A model generated the notes under the pieces. It saw only the letters and a program-made list of their open reading frames with translations, was not told the origin of the DNA and made no database searches. 64,000 nt of DNA from an uncultured Christensenella sp. (lineage in GTDB: Bacteria > Bacillota > Clostridia > Christensenellales > UBA1242), in the NCBI GenBank assembly GCA_949300385.1, contig CASGDZ010000002.1:111758-175757 (forward strand), in the 5' to 3' direction. Of this stretch, positions 39,680 through 49,329 are shown piece after piece (the stretch's first letter is position 1; every line of letters starts with the position of its first letter). Position numbers and translations under genes: made by a program.

Positions 39680-40507
39680 ATGAAATTGATTGAATTTAGG
39701 AAGCAACTGAAACAAGAGGCAAAGTTGCACAATATAGACGCGGTAGACATAGACTACATAATTGCATATGTGTTAAATACACAGCGTACTGAACTTGCAT
39801 TGATTGACGAAATTAGCAAAAAAGATATTAAAAAAGTCAATGCTTTTATAAAAAAACGCTTTAAGCATATTCCTATCGATAAAATTTTAAAACGCGCATA
39901 CTTTTACGGCCTAGAATTTAAAGTAGACAGGAATGTTCTAACACCTAGACAGGATAGTGAAATTTTAATAGACACCGCACTTGATTTAATTAAATGCAAC
40001 AAATATAATTCAGTGCTTGATATGTGCTGTGGTTCGGGGTGTTTAGCAATTGCTATAAAGAAAAATGCTAACATAAATGTGGACGCGGTGGATATCTCAC
40101 ATAAAGCACTAAAAATTGCTAAAAAGAATGCAAAAGAGAATGGAACAAAAATTAAATTTATCCACTCAAACATGTTTAAAAATGTGGACAAACAATACGA
40201 TTTAATAATATCAAATCCGCCATATATATCATCATATGAGATACAAAACCTAGAAGAAGAAGTGAAGAATAATGACCCGCGCATATCTTTAGATGGCGGA
40301 GATGATGGACTTAAATTTTATCGTATAATACATGATAATTTAAAGAGAAATTTAAACAAAAATGGTTTATGTGTTTTAGAGATAGGAGAGGGACAAACAA
40401 ACGATATTATTACTATCTTTTCAGATTGTAAACTTGTCGGGAAATACAAAGATTATAACGATATAATTCGCTGTTTAGTGTTTAAGTTAAAGGAGGAGCA
40501 ATGTTAG
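39680..40507 (+). CDS. prmC: Release-factor glutamine N5-methyltransferase PrmC/HemK
   Basis: SAM motif VLDMCCGSGCLAI and catalytic IISNPPYI. I prefer ATG 39680 (MKLIEF...) to the ORF-track GTG 39644, but the start is uncertain. Confidence 0.85.
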   Translation: MKLIEFRKQLKQEAKLHNIDAVDIDYIIAYVLNTQRTELALIDEISKKDIKKVNAFIKKRFKHIPIDKILKRAYFYGLEFKVDRNVLTPRQDSEILIDTALDLIKCNKYNSVLDMCCGSGCLAIAIKKNANINVDAVDISHKALKIAKKNAKENGTKIKFIHSNMFKNVDKQYDLIISNPPYISSYEIQNLEEEVKNNDPRISLDGGDDGLKFYRIIHDNLKRNLNKNGLCVLEIGEGQTNDIITIFSDCKLVGKYKDYNDIIRCLVFKLKEEQC

Positions 40508-41574
40508 AAAAATTGAAAGCAATTAAAGAAAGATTTGATTCTCTTACAAAAGACATTTCAAATCCTGACATAATCGCGGACAACAAATTATGGCAACAGA
40601 AAGTGAAAGAGCACGCAAATCTAACGCCGCTTATGGAAGAATATGATAAGTATGTAAAGATGGATAAGGATTTAAACGACGCTAACGCACTTTTGGAAGT
40701 TGAGATAGATGAAGAAATGCGCGGAATGTTGAAAGAAGAGATACAAACTTTAAAAGAAAATTTAGAAAAAAGCGAAGAAAATCTAAAAATTCTCTTGCTT
40801 CCAAAGGACGAGAATGACACTAAAAATGTTATCTTAGAGATACGCGGTGGAGCGGGTGGCGAAGAGAGCGCACTATTTGCTCACAGCCTACTTAGAATGT
40901 ACCAAATGTATTGCGATAGTCACAAGTTTAAAATGGAAATATTAAATATTGAAGAGACAGAACTCGGCGGAGTAAAAGAAGTCCAAGCGCTCATAAAAGG
41001 TAAAAACGCATATTCTAAATTTAAGTTTGAATCGGGTGTGCATAGAGTTCAGCGTGTGCCAGAGACTGAAAGTCAAGGGCGTGTACACACATCTACCGCA
41101 ACTGTCGCCATATTGCCTGAGATGGAAGACGCAGATGTCCAAATTGATGAAAAAGATATTCGTATTGATATATTTAGAAGTAGCGGTGCAGGTGGTCAAA
41201 AGGTCAATAAAACAGATTCGGCAATTCGTATAACGCACTTCCCTACAGGAATTGTCGTTAGTTGTCAAGATGAGCGTAGTCAAACGCAAAACAAAGAAAA
41301 GGCATTTGCAATTCTTAAAGCAAAAGTATTTGACTATTATCAACAACAAAAAGAAGCTGAATATAAGCAGAACAGAAAAAGTCAAGTAGGCACGGGCGAT
41401 AGAAGTGAACGAATTAGAACATACAATTTCCCACAAGGCCGAGTGACCGATCATAGAATAGGACTTAGCCTATACAATATAGACGCTTTCATGAATGGCG
41501 ATTTAGACGAAATGATTGAAGCGTTGACGCTAGCCGATCAACAAAGGAAACTCGCAGAAAGCACAGAAGAATAA
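40501..41574 (+). CDS. prfA: Peptide chain release factor 1
   Basis: GGQ motif SGAGGQKVNKTDSAIRITH. RF1-type PxT tripeptide (RVPETESQGRVHTS). SD AGGAGG upstream. Overlaps prmC by 7 nt. Confidence 0.95.
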   Translation: MLEKLKAIKERFDSLTKDISNPDIIADNKLWQQKVKEHANLTPLMEEYDKYVKMDKDLNDANALLEVEIDEEMRGMLKEEIQTLKENLEKSEENLKILLLPKDENDTKNVILEIRGGAGGEESALFAHSLLRMYQMYCDSHKFKMEILNIEETELGGVKEVQALIKGKNAYSKFKFESGVHRVQRVPETESQGRVHTSTATVAILPEMEDADVQIDEKDIRIDIFRSSGAGGQKVNKTDSAIRITHFPTGIVVSCQDERSQTQNKEKAFAILKAKVFDYYQQQKEAEYKQNRKSQVGTGDRSERIRTYNFPQGRVTDHRIGLSLYNIDAFMNGDLDEMIEALTLADQQRKLAESTEE

Positions 41575-41580
41575 AAATTT

Positions 41581-41615
41581 TGCAGTGGAGTATTAAAATT
41601 CCATTGCATTTTTTA
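41581..41615 (+). terminator. Intrinsic terminator after prfA
   Basis: TGCAGTGGA-(10 nt)-TCCATTGCA (one G-U pair) followed by tttttt. Confidence 0.75.
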
Positions 41616-41657
41616 TTAAAAAATTTTCGACAATGTACGACTAATATTGCGTTTTAT

Positions 41658-41686
41658 TTGCCAAATTAATTATATTGTGATATACT
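41658..41686 (+). promoter_or_regulatory. Candidate promoter of the 569-aa orphan gene
   Basis: TTGCCA, a 17-nt spacer ending in TGa, then TATACT. The predicted TSS would fall at or within the SD, hence the low confidence. Confidence 0.35.
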
Positions 41687-41702
41687 TTTTCAAGGAGTTG
41701 TT

Positions 41703-43412
41703 ATGGCTAATTATTTAAAACTAGATAGTGAACAAGGTTATGTTTCAGACCACGCTGAAATTGATTATCTAATATTTAATAATATGCGTCATGCTGTTTT
41801 AGGTTGCATGATGGGGGATTTTGACTCTAATGGTATATATTCGGTAGACCCTGAGATCGTGAGCGAACTTATTGATATGAAGAAATACATCGTCGACTCA
41901 GACGATAATGTAGAGTTGTGCGTTAGCCAATTAAAACTACTAAAACAGATAACTTTTTTAGTTACATTTGAGGGCAATCGTGCGACGCTTTCGCTAATTG
42001 AAAAAATCAATTATGAATCAAATGTGAAGATTAATAGCGGTAGTTATAGCAACATAAATGAATTCATTTTGGACTCCATTGAAACATCTGGCGAGATAGA
42101 TAGAAATATTGTTTATAGGAAATGGAATATAAGTCCGTTTGAAGGCGAAATATTAGATGTCTTTAAAATGGACGACGAGACTTTAAGTCAATATTTAGGC
42201 ATTGTCAATAGATTCAAGTACATTATGTCGGCTAGCAAAATCATGCTAGAAAATGAAGAGAAGATTGAGAATGTAGAATCGGAGTATGCTTCACGCATGA
42301 TAGATGTAATATCGCACTATCCTGAATTAAAAAAAGTTTTCGATGAGCAGTTAAAAACTACATTAACCGAAAAAGCAGAATTTATTAAAATAGATAAACC
42401 TTATTTTGCAAAGACAATAAACGAAGTTATAAATAATATAGTAAAAAATAACATTGATGTACTGAGCGAAGAACAACAAGAAGAATTTAGCAAAGAGCGT
42501 CACAACGAGTTTGTAAACTATAATATTAAAGTGCGCGATTCCATTGATTTAAAAATAGAAAATAAGGAATTTAGTCATAGCGAAGACTACATTAATCAGA
42601 GTGAACTTGCTAATGAAAGTATTCAAGAACATGTTCCAACTCAGGTTACATTGATTGACACGAAAGGTGAAGATAAAAGATCACTAATTGAACTTGCGCA
42701 AGATAGCGTGAAAGCAGTAAAAGAGATACAAGAACATATACAAGAGCGCGTAGAAGTATTTAATAATAAAGAGAAAAAAGGCGAGCAAGAGAACGATTTT
42801 CAAGATGACTTATACGATAAATTAGTAGAAATTGTCGGTCAAGAGATTGTGGCAGAGTTAAAGACTGAACCTGAACAAAAAGAAGAAAATAAAATAATTC
42901 CTAAAATGACCGAACAAGGTCAAGGTAAAGAAACACAAAAAAATGAAGCAAATGAAAATAAGGGCAAAGTCGCTCCACGAGCAAAGGTGGTAAAGGCGGA
43001 TGCAAGCAATAAAGGGAAAGCAGGTAAAACTCAGCCAAAGAAAATCGCAGGCGCAAACAAGAGTGGTGCTAATAAAGGGCAAGAAACTAAAAAAGTAGAG
43101 TCTTCGAATGATACAAGTGCGGGTTATAGTGCTTCACGCGGAGCGAGAGTTGGAGCGAATGCAAATCCCACAATAGTTAAGAGCGCTACTCAGTTAAAAA
43201 GTGAAGATGCAGTAGTTGAAAGTGAAGAGAATAATGACTCTAAAACACAAAATTTATTGTCTAAATTAGGGCAAACTGAACGCAAAGAACTTTTAGATTT
43301 AATGTATGATGTTGATAATAAGGGAATATCTGAAAACACTACTGAAACTAAAATTCCAGAAACGATAAAGGATGTTGATAATAAAGAATTAAATCATTAT
43401 AGAAATTTATAA
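41703..43412 (+). CDS. Hypothetical protein (569 aa): unrecognised N-terminal domain, acidic coiled-coil-like middle, Lys/Gly/Ala/Asn-rich basic tail
   Basis: SD AAGGAG upstream and a long clean ORF. Tail includes KGKVAPRAKVVKADASNKGKAGKTQPKKIAGANKSGANKGQETKK. No family recognised. Confidence 0.8.
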   Translation: MANYLKLDSEQGYVSDHAEIDYLIFNNMRHAVLGCMMGDFDSNGIYSVDPEIVSELIDMKKYIVDSDDNVELCVSQLKLLKQITFLVTFEGNRATLSLIEKINYESNVKINSGSYSNINEFILDSIETSGEIDRNIVYRKWNISPFEGEILDVFKMDDETLSQYLGIVNRFKYIMSASKIMLENEEKIENVESEYASRMIDVISHYPELKKVFDEQLKTTLTEKAEFIKIDKPYFAKTINEVINNIVKNNIDVLSEEQQEEFSKERHNEFVNYNIKVRDSIDLKIENKEFSHSEDYINQSELANESIQEHVPTQVTLIDTKGEDKRSLIELAQDSVKAVKEIQEHIQERVEVFNNKEKKGEQENDFQDDLYDKLVEIVGQEIVAELKTEPEQKEENKIIPKMTEQGQGKETQKNEANENKGKVAPRAKVVKADASNKGKAGKTQPKKIAGANKSGANKGQETKKVESSNDTSAGYSASRGARVGANANPTIVKSATQLKSEDAVVESEENNDSKTQNLLSKLGQTERKELLDLMYDVDNKGISENTTETKIPETIKDVDNKELNHYRNL

Positions 43413-43430
43413 TTTACAAACAAAAAAACA

Positions 43431-43458
43431 AAAAAATGACCTAAATGGTCATTTTTTA
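43431..43458. terminator. Bidirectional terminator between convergent orphan genes
   Basis: aaaaa-ATGACC-taaat-GGTCAT-tttttt. Confidence 0.7.
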
Positions 43459-43950
43459 TAAACCTGCATTGTTTCTTGCATTTTTAACTGATTGGAAATA
43501 TTCTAATTTTTGTCTGTTAGCAAATCCCAAGAAAGCTCCGAGTAAATCGTTTAAAGTTGAATTTGCATCACTCATATTAAACGAAGTGAAAGATTCCTCA
43601 TCTGTATTTTTCAATTCTGTTAATAAATTAGTATAATCTTGGAATAAAGTGTCATATTTAATTTCATAACCATCCGGACGATATGCTAAAAATGCTATTA
43701 TTTGAAGACGGAAATTATTTTTATCAGGATAAGGAAGATTGCTAATCATAGGATATTTATCGTCCATTAAATCAGTAATATACTGAATAAATTTTCTTTT
43801 CTCATCTCTATTTGCAAGACCCATAGGTTTATCGTCTTTGGTTAATTTTCTCCAATATCTATCGAAAATTTGAGTTGAAGAAAGATTGCCTAATTTTTCT
43901 TTAAAATATTTATATGTATAGAAATCATCAGCTTTAAATTTATTTTCCAT
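43456..43950 (-). CDS. Hypothetical protein (164 aa)
   Basis: SD AGGAG 8 nt upstream of the ATG on the minus strand. No family recognised. Confidence 0.75.
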   Translation of the reverse strand: MENKFKADDFYTYKYFKEKLGNLSSTQIFDRYWRKLTKDDKPMGLANRDEKRKFIQYITDLMDDKYPMISNLPYPDKNNFRLQIIAFLAYRPDGYEIKYDTLFQDYTNLLTELKNTDEESFTSFNMSDANSTLNDLLGAFLGFANRQKLEYFQSVKNARNNAGL

Positions 43951-44308
43951 ATTTATCTCCTAAAATTGTTTCGATTGTATTGTAACATACAATTTTTATT
44001 TTGTAAATACCTTTTTAAAATTTTTTTTATTTATTTTTATTATCATATAACCGCTTAAAACTTTTAATCTTTATAATTTGTCGTTTGATTGAATGTAAAT
44101 GATTATAGTTAGATATTAGTACTGATTTTTATTTACCTTATTATATATTATATTATCATAACAAATGTTTCATATTAACAATTGTAAATAATTGCAAAAT
44201 ATTTTAAAAAGAGAAAGGTTGTTGAAAATCATATAAAATAGTTTAAATCTCTTCTAAAATGTAATGATTTTTTATGTAAAAAATATGTAAAAAATTTTTG
44301 AAAAAGCG

Positions 44309-44337
44309 TTGACAAAGTAAAAAATCTTTGTTAGAAT
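44309..44337 (+). promoter_or_regulatory. Strong promoter of the S10-spc-alpha ribosomal cluster
   Basis: TTGACA (44309-44314), a 17-nt spacer, then TAGAAT (44332-44337). AT-rich UP-like tract upstream. Confidence 0.8.
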
Positions 44338-44343
44338 ATACTT

Positions 44344-44598
44344 GCTGATTTATGTGGGGAGAAGCATAAGGTTGCATTCGTTAGCAACTACGAATGGGAA
44401 TTTATGTCGACCATAACTCATACGAGTGCCAGCGCAAAATTACGGGTTAGCCCGAATTTATTTTTGTGAATCAGTACTTAACACACGGCTCAGTGTTTAC
44501 GCGTATGTGAGCGAAATATCTTATACAGCGCGTGGCAGTGTAACGATTAGTGCTAAGGAGTTGGTTAAGGCTTTACTAAAATGAAAAAGGAGAGAAAA
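44344..44598 (+). promoter_or_regulatory. About 255-nt structured 5' leader of rpsJ with an internal terminator-like hairpin (candidate r-protein autoregulatory leader)
   Basis: Noticeably more GC-rich than the other spacers. Hairpins CATTCGT-(8 nt)-ACGAATG and AAATT(a)CGGG-ttag-CCCGAATTT followed by aTTTTT (44437-44465). Possible long-range pairing TGCCAGCGC (44427-35) with GCGC(g)TGGCA (44528-37). Confidence 0.5.
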
Positions 44599-44907
44599 AT
44601 GGCAACAGTAAAACTAAGAATTAAACTTGCATCTTACGATACAGGTTTACTCGAAAATGTAGTTTCAAGAATTCTTGATACTGCAACAAAGTCTGGATGC
44701 AAGGTATCTGGACCTATTCCGCTTCCAACAAAGAGAGAAGTGGTAACAATCATTCGTGCAACGCACAAATATAAGGATTCGAGAGAGCAATTCGAATCTC
44801 GTACACATTGTAGATTAATCGATGTATACGCTCCAAATCAAAAGGCTGTGGAGAGTTTAACAAGACTCAATGTTCCAGCGGGCGTAGACATTAAGGTAGA
44901 ATTATAA
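44599..44907 (+). CDS. rpsJ: 30S ribosomal protein S10 (uS10)
   Basis: MATVKLRIKLASYD...GPIPLPTK. SD AGGAGA precedes ATG 44599, while the ORF-track start 44581 has none. Confidence 0.95.
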   Translation: MATVKLRIKLASYDTGLLENVVSRILDTATKSGCKVSGPIPLPTKREVVTIIRATHKYKDSREQFESRTHCRLIDVYAPNQKAVESLTRLNVPAGVDIKVEL

Positions 44908-44918
44908 GGAGGGCCACA

Positions 44919-45551
44919 ATGGAAAAAGCGATTATCGGTAAGAAAATTGGTATGACGCAAGTATTTACTGACGACGGTAGAATAGTACCTGTTACAGTAG
45001 TAGAAGCTGGTCCTTGCTATGTTACTCAAATCAAGACTATTGACAAAGACGGATATGCTTCTGTTCAATTAGGTTATGGGGACATCAAGCAAAAGAATGT
45101 TAATAAACCACAAGCAGGCGCTTTCAAGAAAGCAAATGTAGATGCTAAGCGCGTTTTAAAAGAATTCAAATATGACGACACAACTAAATTTACATTAGGT
45201 CAAGAAGTTAAGGCAGATATGTTCACAGCTGGCGACATTGTAGATGTTAGTGGCGTAACAAAAGGTCATGGTTTCACAGGCGTTATCAAGCGTTGGAACC
45301 AAAGAAGATTAAAGATGACTCACGGTGTTGGACCTGTTCATAGAGAAGTCGGATCTATGGGCGCAAACTCAACTCCTAGCCGTGTATTCAAAGGCAAGAA
45401 GATGCCTGGTCAGTATGGTCATGAATCAGTTACTGTTCAAAATCTTAAAGTAGTACGCGTAGATGCGGATAGGAACTTGATATTTGTTAAGGGTGCAATC
45501 CCTGGTCCTAACAAATCAATTGTAACAATCAAGTCCGCAGCTAAGGCTTAA
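44919..45551 (+). CDS. rplC: 50S ribosomal protein L3 (uL3)
   Basis: IGKKIGMTQVF and KGHGFTGVIKRWN. SD GGAGGG upstream. Confidence 0.97.
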   Translation: MEKAIIGKKIGMTQVFTDDGRIVPVTVVEAGPCYVTQIKTIDKDGYASVQLGYGDIKQKNVNKPQAGAFKKANVDAKRVLKEFKYDDTTKFTLGQEVKADMFTAGDIVDVSGVTKGHGFTGVIKRWNQRRLKMTHGVGPVHREVGSMGANSTPSRVFKGKKMPGQYGHESVTVQNLKVVRVDADRNLIFVKGAIPGPNKSIVTIKSAAKA

Positions 45552-45564
45552 GTAGGAGATTAGT

Positions 45565-46188
45565 ATGGCGAAACTTAAAGTTTACAATATGAAGAAGGAA
45601 GAAGTCGGCACTATCAATTTAAACGATATGGTGTTCGACGCTGACTACAACGAACCATTAATTCATCAAGTTGTAGTTGCTATTCACAACAATGGCCGTC
45701 AAGGTACAAAATCTACTTTGACTCGTAGCGAAGTGAATGCTAGTAAGAAGAAAATCTATAGACAGAAAGGCACTGGTGGTGCGCGTCATGACGAAAAGAG
45801 TGCTCCACAATTCGATGGTGGTGGCGTAGTATTTGCTCCAAAGCCACGCGATTTCAGTCAAAAAATCAATAAGAAAATGCGCGATATAGCATTTTCTAGT
45901 GCACTTTCTCAAAAGATTAGACAAAACGAAGTTGTTGTATTAGACGACATCGCATTTGCAGATAACAAGACAAAGTCAGCAAGCGAGTTCTTAAAGACTT
46001 TCGGACTTAATAAGCGTACTTTGATCGTAACTGATGGAAAAAATGAAAGTGTTATCAAATCAACTAACAATATTCAAAAAGTATCATGCGTTGACGCTAT
46101 GCTATTGAATGTCGCTGAGATTGTTGAAAATACTTTCTTAGTATTTAGCAAAGATGCTATCAAGAAATTAGAGGAGGCATACGTATAA
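45565..46188 (+). CDS. rplD: 50S ribosomal protein L4 (uL4)
   Basis: RQGT.STLTRSEV..S.KK.YRQKGTGGARH. SD AGGAG upstream. Confidence 0.97.
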   Translation: MAKLKVYNMKKEEVGTINLNDMVFDADYNEPLIHQVVVAIHNNGRQGTKSTLTRSEVNASKKKIYRQKGTGGARHDEKSAPQFDGGGVVFAPKPRDFSQKINKKMRDIAFSSALSQKIRQNEVVVLDDIAFADNKTKSASEFLKTFGLNKRTLIVTDGKNESVIKSTNNIQKVSCVDAMLLNVAEIVENTFLVFSKDAIKKLEEAYV

Positions 46189-46490
46189 TGAAAGCGCAAG
46201 AGATTATCTTAGAGCCTATTATGACAGAAAAATCATACGCAGGCATCCAAAATAAAGTTTATACATTTAAAGTTGCAACTAGTGCTAACAAAGTTGAAAT
46301 CAAAAAGGCAGTTGAAGAATTGTTCGGCGTTCAAGTAGCACGCGTAAACACAATCAGTTGCAAGGGTAAACTCAAAACTAGAAATACAAAAAGTGGACAA
46401 GTAACAGGTAGAACTAGCGATTATAAGAAAGCAGTCGTTTTCTTGCGCCCAGAATCAAAGGCTATCGCATTCTTCGAGAACTTGAACTAG
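46188..46490 (+). CDS. rplW: 50S ribosomal protein L23 (uL23)
   Basis: PIMTEKSY....NKVYTFKV...ANKVEIKKAVEELFGV.V. TAATG overlap with rplD. Confidence 0.96.
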   Translation: MKAQEIILEPIMTEKSYAGIQNKVYTFKVATSANKVEIKKAVEELFGVQVARVNTISCKGKLKTRNTKSGQVTGRTSDYKKAVVFLRPESKAIAFFENLN

Positions 46491-46503
46491 AAAGGAGTAG
46501 AAT

Positions 46504-47340
46504 ATGGCTATAAGAAGCAAAAAACCTACCTCTGCAGGTAGCAGATTTGTCACCTATAAGACATATGACGAACTTACTAAAGATGCGTCCGTTCCAAAGA
46601 CACTTTTAACTACAGTTAAAAAGAGTGGTGGTCGTAACGCACAAGGCAAAATAACAGTTCGTAACATCGGTGGCGAAAATAGAAGAAAATATAGAATAAT
46701 TGACTTTAAGCGTAAAAAGGACGGCGTTGTAGCAACAGTTGAGAGCATACAATATGATCCAAACCGTACTGCTTACATTGCACTTTTAGTATACGCTGAT
46801 GGCGAAAAGAGATTTATCATAGCGCCTAAGGGCTTAAATGTCGGCGACAAGGTTATGTCTGGCGCTGGCGCAGAAATCAAACCTGGTAATTCACTTGAAT
46901 TAAAAGATATACCACTTGGTGCTAAAATCCACAATATTGAATTACAACCTGGTCGCGGTGGACAAATGGTTCGTTCAGCTGGTATTTCTGCTCAATTAAT
47001 GGCAAAGGAAGGAGCATATGCTACACTTCGTTTACCTAGTGGAGAAATGAGAAAAGTATCTTTGAATTGCCGTGCAACTATCGGTGAAATCGGTAATGAA
47101 GAGAACGAAATCGTATCTTTAGGTAAAGCTGGACGCAAACGCCACATGGGTATTCGTCCATCTGTTCGTGGTAGTGCCATGAACCCAGTTGATCACCCAC
47201 ATGGTGGTGGTGAAGGTAAATCACCAGTTGGTCACGCTGGTCCTGTTACACCTTGGGGCAAACCTGCTCTTGGTTACAAGACTAGAAAACATAACAAGGC
47301 TTCTGACAAACTTATTGTCAAGAGAGCAAAATCTAAGTAG
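46504..47340 (+). CDS. rplB: 50S ribosomal protein L2 (uL2)
   Basis: GGRN..G.ITVR..GG..RR.YR.IDFKR and [14 protein letters not shown]. Confidence 0.98.
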   Translation: MAIRSKKPTSAGSRFVTYKTYDELTKDASVPKTLLTTVKKSGGRNAQGKITVRNIGGENRRKYRIIDFKRKKDGVVATVESIQYDPNRTAYIALLVYADGEKRFIIAPKGLNVGDKVMSGAGAEIKPGNSLELKDIPLGAKIHNIELQPGRGGQMVRSAGISAQLMAKEGAYATLRLPSGEMRKVSLNCRATIGEIGNEENEIVSLGKAGRKRHMGIRPSVRGSAMNPVDHPHGGGEGKSPVGHAGPVTPWGKPALGYKTRKHNKASDKLIVKRAKSK

Positions 47341-47349
47341 GAGTAGAAT

Positions 47350-47622
47350 ATGAGTAGAAGTTTGAAGAAAAAACCTTTTGTAGAAGAGAAATTGATGTCT
47401 CGTATTCGCGAAATGAACGAAAAGGGAGAGAAAAAAGCTTTAAAGACTTGGTCTAGATCAAGCACAATCTATCCTGAATTCGTTGGACATACAATTGCTG
47501 TTCACAATGGTAGAAAACATATACCTGTATACTGTACTGTCGATATGGTAGGTCATAAGTTAGGTGAATTTGCACCTACTCGTACCTTCAAGGGACACAA
47601 ACAGAAAGAGGCTAAGAAATAG
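47350..47622 (+). CDS. rpsS: 30S ribosomal protein S19 (uS19)
   Basis: [11 protein letters not shown] and [16 protein letters not shown]....[18 protein letters not shown]. Confidence 0.98.
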   Translation: MSRSLKKKPFVEEKLMSRIREMNEKGEKKALKTWSRSSTIYPEFVGHTIAVHNGRKHIPVYCTVDMVGHKLGEFAPTRTFKGHKQKEAKK

Positions 47623-47631
47623 GAGTAGACT

Positions 47632-48021
47632 ATGGCAAAGAGAATTAGAGAAAAAACTGAATTGTTAAAGCAAAATAAAGACACTCGCCCTTATGCTTGT
47701 GTTCGTTTCGTTAGGCTTTCTCCTACAAAGGCTAAAATTGTTATCGACACAGTTAGAGGTAAGAGTTATGATGACGCTGTGGCTATCTTGTCGAATATGC
47801 CACATGAAGCAGCAGCAATACTTTTAAAAGTAGTTAAGTCTGCGGGTGCAAATGCTGAGAATAATAAAGGTATGAATGTTCACGATTTATATCTTGCTGA
47901 AATTGTTCTTGGTCAAGGACCAACTCGTGTAAATAGAATTAATTTCCACGGTCGTGGTCGTACTAGCCAAATAACTACAAGAACTAGTCACATTAAAGTT
48001 GTGCTAGATGTAAAGGAGTAA
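47632..48021 (+). CDS. rplV: 50S ribosomal protein L22 (uL22)
   Basis: VRLSPTKAKIVIDTVRGKSYDDAVAIL. Conserved operon position. Confidence 0.96.
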   Translation: MAKRIREKTELLKQNKDTRPYACVRFVRLSPTKAKIVIDTVRGKSYDDAVAILSNMPHEAAAILLKVVKSAGANAENNKGMNVHDLYLAEIVLGQGPTRVNRINFHGRGRTSQITTRTSHIKVVLDVKE

Positions 48022-48024
48022 ATT

Positions 48025-48702
48025 ATGGGACAAAAAGTTAATCCTAATGGAATGCGTATTGGTATCAATAAAACTTGGAATTCTTTCTGGTACGCAGATA
48101 AAAAAGATATCGCTAAAAATATTAAAGAGGACGATACTATCCGCAAATTTATCCTTAAAGAATATAAGAATTGTGCTATCTCAAATGTATTAATTGAGAG
48201 AACAAACGACACTTTGACTGTATCCGTTTCAACTGGTAAACCTGGTGTGCTTATCGGTCAAAAAGGTGCAGGCGTTGAAAAATTAAAGAAAAATATTGAG
48301 AATTTGTCTAATGCAAAACGCGTTAATGTAAATGTAGTAGAAGTTAAAAATCCTGATTTGGACGCGAAACTTGTTGCAGAGTCAATCGCTAGTCAACTTG
48401 AGAATCGTGCTCAATTCCGTCGTGTTATGAAATCTGCTATGCAGAGAGTAATGCGCGCTGGTGCTCAGGGTGTTAAAACTATGGTATCAGGTCGTCTTGA
48501 CGGCGCTGAAATCGCTCGTAGTGAGCATTACCACGAGGGCTCACTTCCTCTTCACACTATTAGAGCGAATATAGATTATGCTTGCGTTGAAGCACACACA
48601 ACTTTCGGTGTTCTTGGCGTTAAAGTATGGATCTATAAGGGCGAAATTTTAGGCAAAGTATCTCAAGCTTCTGTACAAAATCACAAGAAAGGAGAGAACT
48701 AA
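48025..48702 (+). CDS. rpsC: 30S ribosomal protein S3 (uS3)
   Basis: [13 protein letters not shown]....W.S.WYA and [25 protein letters not shown]. Confidence 0.98.
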   Translation: MGQKVNPNGMRIGINKTWNSFWYADKKDIAKNIKEDDTIRKFILKEYKNCAISNVLIERTNDTLTVSVSTGKPGVLIGQKGAGVEKLKKNIENLSNAKRVNVNVVEVKNPDLDAKLVAESIASQLENRAQFRRVMKSAMQRVMRAGAQGVKTMVSGRLDGAEIARSEHYHEGSLPLHTIRANIDYACVEAHTTFGVLGVKVWIYKGEILGKVSQASVQNHKKGEN

Positions 48703-48703
48703 T

Positions 48704-49135
48704 ATGTTATTGCCTAAGAGAGAAAAGAGAAGAAAACAATTTCGCGGTCGTATGACTGGTCGTGCTATTCGTGGTAGCAAAGTTGTTTACGGAGACTATG
48801 GTCTTCAAGCAGTAGAGCCTTGCTGGATGACTCCAAATCAAATAGAAGCTGCCCGTGTCGCTATCAATAGATATATGAAGCGTGGCGGTAAACTATGGAT
48901 TAAAGTTTTCCCAGATAAGCCTATAACAAAGAAACCTGCTGATACTCGTATGGGTAGTGGTAAAGGTGCTCAAGTCGGTCACGTAGCAGTAGTTAAGCGT
49001 GACAGAGTTATATTCGAAGTAAGTGGCCCAAGCGAAGAAGTTTGCTTAGAGGCTTTAAGACTTGCTTCACACAAACTTCCTTGCAAAACTAGAGTAGTTC
49101 GCAAGGAAAAAGGCGGTGAAAACAATGAAGAATAA
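48704..49135 (+). CDS. rplP: 50S ribosomal protein L16 (uL16)
   Basis: [16 protein letters not shown] and RMGSGKG. Confidence 0.98.
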   Translation: MLLPKREKRRKQFRGRMTGRAIRGSKVVYGDYGLQAVEPCWMTPNQIEAARVAINRYMKRGGKLWIKVFPDKPITKKPADTRMGSGKGAQVGHVAVVKRDRVIFEVSGPSEEVCLEALRLASHKLPCKTRVVRKEKGGENNEE

Positions 49136-49325
49136 TTATAAAGATATGACTATTAAAGAATTGAACGCAGAAGAGAGCAAACTTCGTAGTGAACTCTTCA
49201 ACCTAAATTTCCAAAAGAAAGTCGGTCAACTTACTGACAGTTCTAGAATAGGCATCACAAAGAGAAACATTGCACGAGTTAAAACTGCTATAAGACAAAA
49301 ACAAATTGCTGGAGCAAAGGAGTAA
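49125..49325 (+). CDS. rpmC: 50S ribosomal protein L29 (uL29)
   Basis: [29 protein letters not shown]. The start is ambiguous: GTG 49116, ATG 49125 or ATG 49146. All overlap or abut the rplP end. Confidence 0.9.
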   Translation: MKNNYKDMTIKELNAEESKLRSELFNLNFQKKVGQLTDSSRIGITKRNIARVKTAIRQKQIAGAKE

Positions 49326-49329
49326 TATT

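Noticed and set aside
39904-41454. 126-aa, 112-aa and 170-aa ORFs antisense to prmC/prfA, and the 68-aa ORF at 41027-41233
   Set aside because: prmC and prfA carry diagnostic motifs (NPPY, GGQ). The antisense translations are Phe/Ser/Ile-rich with no motif and no SD.
43445-43636. 63-aa plus-strand ORF overlapping the 164-aa minus-strand orphan
   Set aside because: The minus-strand ORF is longer and has a proper AGGAG SD. The plus-strand ORF begins inside the terminator hairpin and has no SD.
44340-44598. The GC-richer segment upstream of rpsJ as a tRNA, T-box or known riboswitch
   Set aside because: I could not fold a cloverleaf or anticodon arm, and I found no T-box consensus or recognisable riboswitch core. 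It is best described as an uncharacterised leader.
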